Shown in pieces: positions 14,701-26,887 of a stretch of 64,000 nt of DNA (its first letter is position 1; each line of letters begins with the position of its first letter). The position numbers and the translations under genes are program-made. The stretch is taken from NCBI GenBank assembly GCA_050273025.1, contig CP158635.1:2976001-3040000 (forward strand). The letters run 5' to 3'. This DNA is from Cenococcum geophilum (Eukaryota). The notes under the pieces are model-generated. The model did not search any database and had not been told where the DNA came from. It saw nothing but the letters and a program-made list of their open reading frames with translations.

Positions 14701-14765
14701 CCCCCTACTCCTCGCCCCTCGTCCAGGCCTCTTATCGAATTAAAGCATCTAATGCGTACGCCTCT
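11740..14765. repeat. Direct segmental duplication copy 1 (paired with 21675-23855)
   Basis: Collinear similarity over more than 2 kb; copy 1 has an extra ~870 bp (about 12150-13015). Confidence 0.92.
11745..14471 (-). pseudogene. Acidic N-terminal region + chromodomain + C-terminal Myb/SANT-like domain (one gene or two adjacent genes), RIP-inactivated
   Basis: Start reads (M)APKKSASS/RARVVNLKK-type basic region; chromo-like DDE*EIDDILGERITKLGRKYKVVWKPTWV at ~12840-12935; Myb-like KSRVKFIEEEDALLTNLK...LQ.HYY.K at ~11810-11955. Confidence 0.7.
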
Positions 14766-15013
14766 AGGATTAAGGCTATGTATTTATATTATATTAAAGC
14801 TATATAATGCAAAGTTATTGGGATATATATATATATATATTACTAGCCAATGAATAGTATATTTAAGTAACGTACTGCCTCTAACTATTAATAAGTATAA
14901 ATAGGAAAAAAAAAGAAAAGAAAAAGATAGCTAAATCCCAAATGTATATCTGCCTACGCGCTAAAAAGGCATGCATTCTATAGACCCCCAATACCCTAGT
15001 AAATTTAAGAGAG

Positions 15014-17500
15014 CTAAGCGTAGGACTATATATTGTTAAACTTGCCTCCTCCTATAAAATTATGCTAAAATTCTACGTTTGCACTAATAGCGAATTTTAG
15101 ATATAATAAAGATACTTATGTCTTTTTATGGCTAGCCAATGCTTAAGCCATAAAAACAGCATTTTTAATCTAGATTGGAAAATCAATTAGCTTGGCTTTA
15201 CTGTAGACGTAAAGGCTCTTACCTCTCGGCCATTAAGATCCTTCCCTACTAAAATGTTAAGGTCCTTTTCCGTAAAATCTGCGGCTCCTTTTATTATACT
15301 CGCCTTATTAAGGAAACTCCTCTAAACTACCTCTTAAGCGTTTTAATCTAATGGACCGTACTAGAGCGTAAGGTATATTCTGCTTGTAATAGCTTTATCG
15401 ATCATCTTTACCTAGTTAGTCATAAGAAATAAGATTCCTTTATAGTATTTAAGCTTACGTAAGAATATATAAATAAGGGCATTATAATAGATATCATTGG
15501 TAGCACGCTATTCTACAAACATATCCGCCTTATTAAGGAGTAGAGTAGCTTTCTAGTAAGTTACTATCTTAAAGATATAAAAAAGCCTCTCCTTAAGTAT
15601 ATCCGCGGTCGTGCCTAATTCTCTAGTAGAGATTTACTTAGTTAGAAAAAGCTATAATTATAAGGGAATAGAGACGTACGACGTAAAGTAGTCTCTTAAG
15701 GTATTCCAATATCGCCTCTACTGTTAAGGTCTTACTAATACTAGGCGGCCCACTAATTTGCCTATCTTAGTAGATAGTGTAACTAATATTATAAGAGAGG
15801 GTATAGTAATATACTGTAGGAGGGTAACGAGTCCGCGCCCTTTGCCTAATATAAAGTTATCTAAGATAGGGTAAGAGTTCTAAGATAAGTAGGTTTTACT
15901 AAGAGCTTAAATAATCTCCTTCTACTAAGTAGGAATCCTAAGGTTATTAAAGGAAGAAGGGTTCTATATAATGTTGCTAATATTAGTAACTGCGAACTTA
16001 ACTATAACGTATTAGTAAATGCCGCTTACGTATAAGTAAAGATGACGTATACTAGAGCTTATTACCTAAACTAAAACCTAGCACAATTAGGCTGCTAATT
16101 AGGAAGTCTTAATCCTTTATTTTAGTTAAATCTATATTTATCCTCTTAATTTGGTCTTTTCTTTTATTTAAGCTCCCTATGGAATTGTAGATGGCCTATA
16201 AGTCTAGTGTTTCCGGCGACTTATTAATTTATAGTCTAGCGTAATTAGGGTTAATTTGCTAGAAATACGCCGTATTAACTATAATTCGGCTCTTAACAGA
16301 GACTTTAATCCTATTGCCGTCTTTATCCTTATAGAAGGCAGTCCCTTAATACTGGCGGTAGTGGACGCCTCTTAAGTTATTAAACGTTCAACTATATCCA
16401 ATCAGCCGTGCTCTAATCTCGCTCGATTTTTGGTAGTACTCTAAAGGAAATACCTAAAGGAAGTCTATCCGTTTCGTTTTACGGAACTTCTTAATAATAA
16501 GCTTGAGGGCAGCTTCTCCAAACACTTTCCTATTGAAATTAAAGTAGCGACAGTCCAGATAGAAGTACTTGGCTCTGTCCGGTCTTGCTTTCTCCTTACT
16601 ATAATTATACTTAACGTATCTTAGTTCGCTAGTACCGGGATAGGTAGTATAGACCTCCGAGTTCGGCTTAAAGAGAGCCTAGAGTAAATTATACGTAATT
16701 TCACGGTTCTTAAGAAGGGGTTTAAGGCGTTTAGTTATAAATGTGTGGGTAGTTTTAATAAAGCTAATTAAGAGGTCTAGATATTCCAAATATACTTTAT
16801 TCTTAGAGTTAACGTTTATACTACTTTAATATAATTCTAGTTCCGGGAGAAAATTATATAGGACGTTCTGTTCGACCTATGCGCAGTATAAGCTAGTAAG
16901 TTTTAATAGCGGAGAATTTCCGTACCGAAGGCTTATCCTCTCTTAGGCAGATTCTGTAAATATCTTTAAGGACCTTCCTTAAAACGTCTCGCAACCCCTT
17001 AGACTTAACATCGACGTAAGACGTAGAGTCTTTAGTTTTCTTATCTATAATTTATCTTTAGTAATTAAAGGCACTTATAAAGAGTGTTATGCCTACTAAT
17101 TTAAATACGATTAACAAACACGTATTGGTCTAGTTTATTAACCTCTCCTGTTGGGGTTACTAGCTTAGCAATCTTGTACTAATAAGCTTTCTTATCCCAA
17201 CTGTAAAGAAATAGTGTTAGTAGGACTATATATACACGACTGTGGAGACATACACTTTGTTTACTGTCTTATACTCTAACCTAGAGGCTAATGATATTGC
17301 TTTAGTTTTAGGGTCTTCTAGGGCTAGTAGCTCGACAACTAGGCCTTTTAGGGTAGGGGTAGAGGTAAACAACGTATTTGTTGCTATAGCTACCTTTAAC
17401 AGCTCTAGGAATTATAGAGTATACTAGATAGTAAGGGGCTGCTAAGCTGGTAATAGAGTAGGGCTACCTAGAGGAGTGTTTAGGGTCTTTAATATAGTTT
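15014..17500 (-). pseudogene. Fungal AAA+ ATPase (N-terminal DUF7025-like region), intron-containing, RIP-inactivated
   Basis: FILGKGRGLVTLL, Walker A GPPSISKTLTVEAI (GPPGVGKT), Walker B LLLNKADMF (LLLDEAD), FLRKLKYYKGILFLMTN*V, LNGRE-intron-IKNAV. Confidence 0.9.
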
Positions 17501-18749
17501 GTATATTGCCTAAAGAGTAGAGCTAATTTAAAATATAAGATTAGAGAAGTAGCTAGAGGAGGTTAATAGTACTAGTCTCTAGAGGAAAATTGGAGTAAGG
17601 AGCTAAGTGTAGATGGTATTATTTCTTTTAAAAGATCCGCCTTTTTTTATACCCTTTAATAAGACCTAAGCTGCTACTATGCTGCGAATGTTTACTAGAA
17701 CCCGCTTTATGCTATATAAATACTTCCCCTTATTTATTCTAGGAGACGCTATATCAATATTACTTCTAATATGGCACAGAACTTAACTAAGTAAAGGTGT
17801 ATAATCCCGCCGTAACTGTAGAAACAGAGCCGTGGCTCACATTTAGTATCTTAGTTCCGGCACTAAAGCGACGTAAAAGGAGATATAATAGACACGCAGT
17901 TGTATATATAGTAGAGGCTTATAGCTATCTAATATTGTTTAAACTGGAAACAATGCGGGAAGGGATATGATTAGGACCCCGTTAAGACTTTAATAAGTAG
18001 CTTATACTACGGATTGCGGCTTAGATTCTATAATGTTATAAAAGAAGGTTAATACTAAATAAGCTAATTACTCTTTTAACCAAAGTAAATATATGCTAGC
18101 AAGTTGGGTAAGGCGTTATAAGTTCTAATTGCTAAGGGCACAGCTAAAAAAGATGTAATTGTTCCGATTAATACGCAGGAGCTAGGTAGACGGTTTTAAA
18201 GGATATAAAGAAGCGTTAGAGGCGGAGGAAGAATAGATACTAATTAGTGCTTAAGCTCGCCTCGCTTTAGCTTATTCCATTCCACTCCATTTTACTTTAT
18301 TTTATTATAATTCTATATCTTGCTCTATTCTACCTTACTTTATAACTATCCTATTTTCCCTTATATAATATAAAAGAAGGCAGATATAATAGCTCTAATT
18401 AATATAGTCGCTTGCAAAATCGGCTTCTGGTTGCTTAAAGGTATATTAAAGTCTAAAACTTAGCTAAAACGAGATAAAATGGAGTGAAATAAAATATGGG
18501 CTATAATAAGACGATATAGTCTAAGCGTTCTACTAGCTAACATATAGCCATGCCCTAACGGTTAAGATCTCCCTTATATACCTATTGGCTAAACTAATCC
18601 CTATATAACACGTTCTAATATATAGGCGCTAAAATTGGAACCTAAATCTATATAAACTACATTTACCCATACCCATCTCACTTTATTTAAATATTACATT
18701 TTACTTTATTAAATTTCACTCTATTATATAAAGAGGGTTACTAGCTATA

Positions 18750-19870
18750 ATATTCTAGATCCGTTTCTAACTATAGACTAATACATAACTTCCGAGGCGG
18801 GTTAGTTAACCCTACTAAGTTCCAATACGGAAATTAATAGATTCCTTATTAAGATCGATAAGAAAGTTAAGTAATTAAAAATAAATAGTATAATATGTGG
18901 CGATTAAGCACTCTTAAAAAACTCCCATCTTAACTTTATTTAGGGCAAGCCTATTAAGGAGCCTGGCGGCCAAAATACAACGAAATAGCGGAAGGCCTAA
19001 GCCTGTTACGTATACACGGATATCTAGGATGCAAACAATCACGTCTTTCTTACTGTGGTATTAGTTATCCCGCCAACGGAATATACTAAAATAAGCTTTG
19101 ACATTATTGTAGAGTACCTTATTTGCCTTAAAAACTACAAACCATATCGTCTAAACTTAAGGCCTGCAGCTAAAAAGTTCTTTAAGTTAACAGCCGCAGA
19201 ATAGGGCTTCACTAGCAGCCATAGTTACCTTAGTTTTATACAAGCCTTATTTCCTTAAAGTACGAACCCTTCTTTTATATATAATATTATACTAACTGGA
19301 TTAGTATATGTTAAGCTTTAACCTGCGAAATATAAGCAAGATAAAGGTATATAAACCTCTATTCCCCGTTTAAGGAGAGAGTATAACTAATTATAGCAGC
19401 GTTGCTAAATTAATAAGCTGGACCTAATAGAGAACCTTAGTTGACCAGAGCCGAAGGCCTAGGCTTAGGTGCGTAATGATTAATTAGTTACGTAATTGGT
19501 GCTTAGTATTTAACTATTGCTAGCCTAAGACTTTTGGTTATCGGAGAGGCATTTTAAAGCTCTAATCCCTTAGGACGCTTATAAAACGCTTAGTATATAA
19601 GTCTTAGGTACTTATTAATTTATTACTTATATATCTTAGAGTAAGATTTATTATAAAAGGAAAGTATAATCTTATCTAATAATCCTAAAACCAACGGTTA
19701 GACACCTTGTTCCCTAAATTTAATATATTAATACTTATCTAAGATAGACGCCTCTCCTAAGAGTCCTCTAAGCGCCATTATGCTAGCATATTATTAAGTT
19801 ACAGATAAACTATTATCAAAGCGTCCCCGGTTAGAATTACAGCAAACTTTAGGTCTATAAAATAACCTTT
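18750..19870 (+). pseudogene. Hypothetical protein, RIP-inactivated
   Basis: Frame ...YVYTDI*DANNHVFLTVVLVIPPTE...RPAAKKFFKLTAAE*GFTSSHSYLSFIQALFP. Confidence 0.45.
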
Positions 19871-20246
19871 AATAAGATATTGTATCTGTGGTTAATATTA
19901 AACAGAAAATCTAATATTGCTAGGGAAGGGCTAGTACTTTTCTTTCTTATTTATAAGGCACTATATAATTAAAAATCTCCCTAAGCTATTTTGTACTAGG
20001 ATGCAGACGAGTAATTTATAGAGAAAGGAAAAGAAGAGAGGAGGACTAGTAGTTATAAATTGCCTATTTATATACCTGCCAGAAACGGAAAATAAGGACG
20101 CTCTCTTTATACTTAGAATCGGCTACTAAGATAGATTTAACATCTCTAATTTATTTGGTTTAGGGGACCTAGATATTTTAAAAATTTAGGAAAATGCTAT
20201 AGAAGAAGCTAAAGATTAACTCTTATCTATAAATAAATGGTATATA

Positions 20247-20525
20247 TTACTTCGGATCACCACTTATTACTACCTCTTTTTAAACTTAATCCGTGCCTAT
20301 ATTACGTAACATTTATACCTAGCAAGAACCTCTCTTACTACTTATCTATCTTCTATACCTAATTTTTTAACTAGCTTCCCTTTGCTGTTTTAAATATTGC
20401 ATAATCTGCCTTTAAATGTTATAGTTATATCCTCCGTTATATTAAATTTACGAGCTCTAATCTCCTCCTATTCCCCACTAAGCGCTTTATCCCCGGCCTT
20501 AGCGGATATAATCTATATAGCTAGA
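20247..20525 (-). pseudogene. Small hypothetical protein exon, RIP-inactivated
   Basis: IISAKAGDKALSGE*EEIRARKFNITEDITITFKGRLCNI*NSKGKLVKKLG...REVLARYKCYVI*ARIKFKK. Confidence 0.4.
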
Positions 20526-21674
20526 AGTATAACCGCGTAAGTTAGCGGGACTGGTGGCTATAAAGGACAGGTGTTCTATAGATATAAAATATTAAGCAAA
20601 TATTATCTTTTATAAAGCGTTTTTAATTACGGATAGCCGTCTAAGGAGAAATAGCAGCTAATTTAGTAATTTGTTTTAGAATAAAAGGCCGTAAAGTATA
20701 TGCGTATTAAAGCATAACTATTATAGAAGATGTAAGTAATTAGGTATATACTGCGCGAAATAGCTAAGCTAATATTTACCTTAATAGTAAAAATAGAATT
20801 GCTAGATAACTATAAGAGGCGGAATATAAGAAATATAAAAAGAGGTGGATTATAGGCTTAAACGGAGAGCAGCTTTATGGAATAGCGTTATAAATGATTA
20901 GTAAAGTAGGGTTAAAGGAAATTTATAAGGGAAAATAGATATATTACTACAGTTAATAGGTTTATAGTTACTTAGTCATTAGTGCCTAATAGGAAGGCTT
21001 ATTTAAAAGAATTGCTAAGTGGGCTAAGCTGCGGCCGGATTTGCTCTGCCCTACTATTAAAGCTTTCTAGCGCAGAATATTATGTGTATAATTAGGCCAC
21101 CAGCTAAACAGTAGAATGGGTAAGGCGTCCGCTATAACGCGTATTTTAGCTATATATTGGAGTCACTAAATACACATAGCCCCTCTACTAACTAAAATAT
21201 CTTATAAGGATTGGATTCTTGTGGCTCGTTCTTATTCGTAAGGTAAATTAACTATAGCCAGTTTATGCGCCTTTACGTTATATATATAAGTTAATTAATT
21301 ATTAACGCCTAACTTTATATTATTCGGACTACCGCTTGGTTTTAGCTATATTATGTGATTTAAATTAGCTGGCTAAGTCGTAAACCTAGTTTCAGCCTCG
21401 CATTCTCTATTGTTTATAGCGTTGTAAATAGTAATAGGTGGCTCTTGCTTACCGCCCTTGAAAAAGTGATTATCTTATAGACCTTTTTATGCAGTCCTTA
21501 TATGATAGGAAATGCGCTATAAATAGATTAAGCCAGAAATGGAATATATAATAAGAAATGTTGATTGCTAACCAGCACCAAAAACACCGGTCCTATTGGC
21601 AGCGCCAATTAGGACAATTTATAGCCTTAAATTCCGGTTAATAAGAAATAGACCTCTAAGCTAAAAGAAGGGTA

Positions 21675-23855
21675 CTACTATTATTACCGTCTCTTCCGCC
21701 TAGTAGGCCGGCCCCTTTTCTTCTACACAGTAGGCCGGGCCTTTAATTTTAAATAATAATACGCCTGTAGTGATCTAAGGCTTCTCTTTAGAAAGTAGTC
21801 TTTAATCTATTCCTATAAAAGATTCTATTCCTCCTTTAAATTAATAAGTAGTACGTCTTTTTCTTCCGTGAATTTTATCCTAGACTTTGGCTTTTAAGGT
21901 TTTAATTTTTAGGGCTTTAGCTCTTAAGATCGCTTAACCAGGCTAACTGGTAAGTGGAGTTGTTAAGGAAGTATATTTAGTGTATATAACCCGTCTTTCT
22001 AGCGCCTAAAAACTGCTTGGATTAATAATTCTTTTAAATTATTTAAGGCAGCTCCTAGTATCGCTTTATTAGAGTTAGAGCTAAAGGCTAAGTTTAGTAG
22101 CGGGTTTTAGGTACGCAGGTGATTATATATAGGGGGTGCAACCTACTTATAATAATTACTGGTAAGCGCAGTGTTCCGTTTAGACGTGTGCGTAGATAAA
22201 ACTAAATAGGAATGCTAAGACTGCTAGAGATAATGCTTCGTAGTACGCTTTGTCTTTAATTGATTATTAATGGGGGTTAGTAATCTTTGTTGCCCTGTAT
22301 ACCCACAGGCCTTGTTATTCTTATTGCTATTACTGCTATTACCGTCCCCAGAGTCGTTATTATTTATATTATCACTATTATTACTTCCGTCGCTATAGTT
22401 CTCAGCCTTACCTTTATTCGTAACATCTTTGCTATCCTTACTATTACTTTCTTTAGTTAAGCCGTTTATAAGATTGTCTAGAATATAATTATAACTATTA
22501 TTAGCCCTATATTCTGGTGGTCTAATATTATAAGGAGACATATAGTGCCGGGGGGAGGGGATAGTAGGCCGCGTAGTAGAGACCGCTCGCTCCTTAATAC
22601 CGTTACCGTCGTTAAGGCTAAGGGTAGGAGAGTTAGAAGGCGTAGTCCTTTAGGAAATAGGTAACCTTTATTACTTTTTAGGTTATACGCTCTCGCCGCT
22701 CTTGCTAATGGAAGTATTAAAGATATAATTAATGCTGCCTAGTTAATTAAGCTGATTGGACCTCTGCTTTTTTAACTTCTTAGCTCCTAAAGACTCTTAA
22801 CCGGCAGCTATTAATATTCTAAGCTTCTACCTAAACTGCGGAGCAGTTTTAATGCAACGCCCCTTAGCTAAATTATCCGTTTAATTACCGTCTAGCGTTA
22901 AGGGTATAGTATAATTATGCGTAGGTACGCGTACCTCCTCTTATAGCGCTTCTAACGAAGGCAGCTCCTTATCTTCTTTATTATCCTTATTACTGCTGTT
23001 ATTCCCATTATTTACTAATTATTAGATAAGGCCATTATAAGTTAAAGGGAGGTATATACCCAATTTATAGGGCATTAGTTAGTTATCGGCTTTATTAACT
23101 TTGTTAACTTCGCCAGCTTTATTGTTAGCGTTACTAGCTTTATCGCCCTTAGCTTCTAAGTCTAGATCGGCTATATCGTCTTTAATAACTATTGGATTTA
23201 CTGCTAGTTATTAAAACTATATATTTGGAACTACTGGGGAAAGAGGGAGAGTAGTGGGATAATTATTGGGATAATTACCTTAACTACTTCCCCTAGAGAC
23301 TTGACTGTCATTTCCATCTCTATAAAAATCTTCCTTATTATTCTTATCATCCTTGTTATTCTTATAATACTTATTATAAGCTTTCTTGTAATTATATATA
23401 GGGTCTATAGGCGCTTTATTAGACGGAATCTCTAAATTAAGGCCCTAGGTGGAATAATATACTATTAAGTGCCTAAGCTTCTAATGCTTTTTGACTTTTT
23501 GGGGGGAAAATAGGTACTCCCCTATTTTTCCTTTTAGGTTTACTGCTCGCGCTTTTCTTAGGGGCTATAATTCTATGGCACTAAGATAAAGCTATTAATC
23601 TTCTAGGGGGACTAGTGTAGAAATTGTTCTTATTAAGTAAAATTTTATAAGGGATACGAAATAAAGATTAAGATGGTGCTAATATTGTTGTTATTAAAGT
23701 TGCCATTGCTTTATAGCTTTTAAAAGCTCTAAGGGGGAATTAACGGTCTTTTTAAGTGCACGTTAGTTCTCCCTTTGCCGCTAGCACTTATCTATTGCCC
23801 CTTATCCCTTATTTGGGTTTCTTATTGAATTAAAGCATTTAATGCGTGCGCCTCC
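21675..23855. repeat. Direct segmental duplication copy 2 (paired with 11740-14765)
   Basis: Same sequence order as copy 1, lacking the chromodomain-containing block. Confidence 0.92.
21678..23568 (-). pseudogene. Myb/SANT-like + AT-hook-like protein, paralogue lacking the chromodomain, RIP-inactivated
   Basis: C-terminus KSRIKFTEEKDVLLINLKEE*NLL*E*IKDYFLKRSLRSLQAYYYLKLKARPTV*KKRGRPTRRKRR. Confidence 0.72.
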
Positions 23856-24790
23856 GGTATAGACTAGGGTCAATTGCCGTTTATAAGGTAAGGTTTATAA
23901 GGGCTTAAATTCCGGCGCCTAATTAATAGCCTTAGCAAATTGCGGTTGAACTATATCCGCCTATCTAAGCTGGCGTGTTTAGCTCTAATATAGCCGTTGC
24001 ATCTAGCCCCTTATTAGGAGGTTAATGGCGTAAATTCTCCACCTTATTTCCTTGGTAAAGGGTAGCGCTAACGTATCTATTCACTTCCTAGTAATGCCAA
24101 TTCAGTTAATCTTCTGCGCCGCTCATATTAGTAGGTAAAGCCCCGCTTATACGTGTGCGTTATAAGCTATCTATAACGGAAGGAGGTAGTATCCTTATTA
24201 GTGGCAAGCGGGGCTCTCCAATGCTAACCGCCTAGTGACGGATACGCCTACCGCTCGCTCGGTAATCGTATCCATGTCTATAAATATATTGGGTAAAAGA
24301 CTATATAAGGATGCTCGCCCTCCTAACATAGCTAGCTGGTGTTAGAGATTCCTTCGTAGTTATGCCGCTGTGCCGCTAATCCATTATGCGCCTAAAAGCT
24401 GCAATCTTCCAATTTTAATCTAGGTGGTTCCTATATAGCCCTATAGCTTAGGAGCCTAGATTGTTAATCCTTTACCGCTTTGCCGCTAAGAAGTTAGGTA
24501 GAGCTAATAGCCCTTTAGCCCTAAACTAGTAGATTAAACAGCGTCTCCAAAATATCCGTGGTAATGCAACTATACTACTAAGCAGGTATATATAGCTACC
24601 TAAGCAACGCTCTATATAATGTCCGTTTAAATAATGCCTAACACAGCCCCGTATGGGTTAGTTGCTTAAATTAGCGACGTCTAGCTGCTTTTCCGCTAGG
24701 TAGCTTAGTAGGCATACTAGTTGTAATATAGGTGGCTTTAGCTATCGGCAAACGCTGAAGCGGGCCGTCTAACTAACAGCATATCCTAGG
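23845..24790 (-). pseudogene. Hypothetical protein, RIP-inactivated
   Basis: ~300-codon frame whose stops are consistent with CAA/CAG/CGA origin; no domain recognised. Confidence 0.4.
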
Positions 24791-25502
24791 TGAGAAAATA
24801 GCGCGTGGGTTAGCTAAAACAAGTGCGACGTAAGCTCGCTTATGCCCTTAAGGGGGGGCGATACGGCACGCTTGTTCCTCCCTACCTTGGAAGGAGATAT
24901 GTGGCAGAGTTAAATAAGACAATAATGCTAACGCGGCTGGTAACTGTAGAATTCCCCTAACCCTCTTCCTATGGGACGGTTGCGGACTAGCGTTATCTAG
25001 AAGGTAAAAGGAGAGAGGGTGTATATAAGAGAGAGAACAGAATTATAAGGATATAGACACGCTTAGCGGATAGAGGCGGCGCTAAAAGAGCTTAATAAAA
25101 ATTAAAGCTATTGGCTCTAGAGGCGAGAATTAGGAGATAAGGCTAAGACCGTTTATATATTATTGTAGAATAGAGACTTACTTATTGGAAAGGCCGCAGT
25201 TAACTGCATTAATTGTTAGTCTAAGATATAGGGGAATGAAGTAATAAGCGGGCTGGACTTGCATACGCATTAGCGCTAAGGGGACGGCAGAAATGCCTTA
25301 ATGCGACCGTGCTAGGGACTAGTAGTAAGAAGAGGAGGAGGCGTAGTATTGGGAGAAAGGAAAGATGGAGGATAAGAGGAAAAGTAGTGAGAGAAATGGC
25401 CTTTTATGGTTAAGGTCAAGGGGCAGTCTTGGCTTAGCTGGGGTTAGTAAGCGAGGGCGCCTTGCCCGTAAAGGAAGCCTCCATTTCCTGATGCAGTTTC
25501 CC

Positions 25503-26055
25503 ATATAATAAAATAACTTATTTAATATATAACTAATAAACTATATAAATATCAAAAACTCTTTATTTATATAATATATATATATATATATATATAATAT
25601 AGGTATATAATAGCTTTATTAATAGTTTTATTAATAGTTTTATATTTTATTAAAAAAGTACTTTTTAACTTAACTTTAAATATATAGTTATTATAATATT
25701 TTATAATATTCTTACATAAAATTATAATTTAAGTACTAAATAAGCTATATATTAGATTTTATATTAATAGCTGTTACAGTTATTAAATTATAGGTGGTGT
25801 AAAAAGGTGTATTTTGCCAAATTTTGGTGGGGAAAACCGTGCACGAGCCGGTCGCGTGCACGAGCTGATCCCCCACGTTAGTCAGCGCAGAGCCTCAATT
25901 TAAAATTTCACAACTTTGGTAAAATACCCCCCACAGCCCCGCCAATATGGCTTTATATTTTAGAAATAAAGTTTTATTTTATAGCTTTAGAATAAAGCTA
26001 TAAAATTAGCTATTATTTATATAAATTAAAGCTACGTTGGTAAAGTTATAAGGGG
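25503..26055. repeat. Extremely AT-rich relic, probably a hyper-RIPped repeat, with a GC-rich island at ~25795-25950
   Basis: Abrupt compositional shift; ends and TSD not resolvable. Confidence 0.45.
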
Positions 26056-26887
26056 GTATAATGTAGGACCCTAGGAAGCGAGACACCCCCCTAAGCGAGA
26101 CACTCTTAGCCTAACTTATAACTTTAATAACTTTAGTAATATTATTCTTAAATAAAATATAAAATATATTTATATAAACTACTATATTAGTAAAATAATA
26201 CTTAGGCTAAAAAATAAAAATATTATATATTTTTTACTGCAATAAAATTATTTTAAAAAGGCTATATATATTATATTATATTATAGTAATTTCTAAACTT
26301 AAGGTTACATATTAATATTTATATATATATTAATTATATTTTTTTAATATATTATAATAGTTTGTTAATTACAAATATAATAATAACATCTATATAAAAA
26401 ATTATTATTATATATATAAATATATTTTAGAAAAAATTATCATAATTGTTTTTATTATGATTATAGTTTAATTGTTTTTATATATAATTTTTTAAACATT
26501 TTTTATTTTTATAATATATATATTAAGTAAGATTAGTTAATAAAAGCATGGTTTATAAAAACTACTAATTTTTATTATATTTTTATAGATTAAATATTAA
26601 ATAAAGTTTTATTTTTATAACGTTACTTATATATTATTATAACATTATATAAGTATTTTAAATATTTTAAATATTTTAAATATTTTATAAATATTATTAT
26701 TTATATACCTATAATAGTAATATAACACTATTATTATTATCATTATTTATTGTTTATATATATTGTTGTTATTTAAAAATACTATTTTATTAATATTTAA
26801 TACTTATTATACTATTACACTATTTTATAATTACTTAAATTCTTTATAATTTATATTATATATATATATATATTACACTATTATTAT

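Noticed and set aside
18260..18500. TTCCA/TTTTA pentamer runs
   Set aside because: Short degenerate low-complexity intergenic sequence with no defined structure.
25500..26055. piggyBac-like element (CCC..GGG ends)
   Set aside because: Only a short imperfect inverted match, with no TTAA or other TSD.
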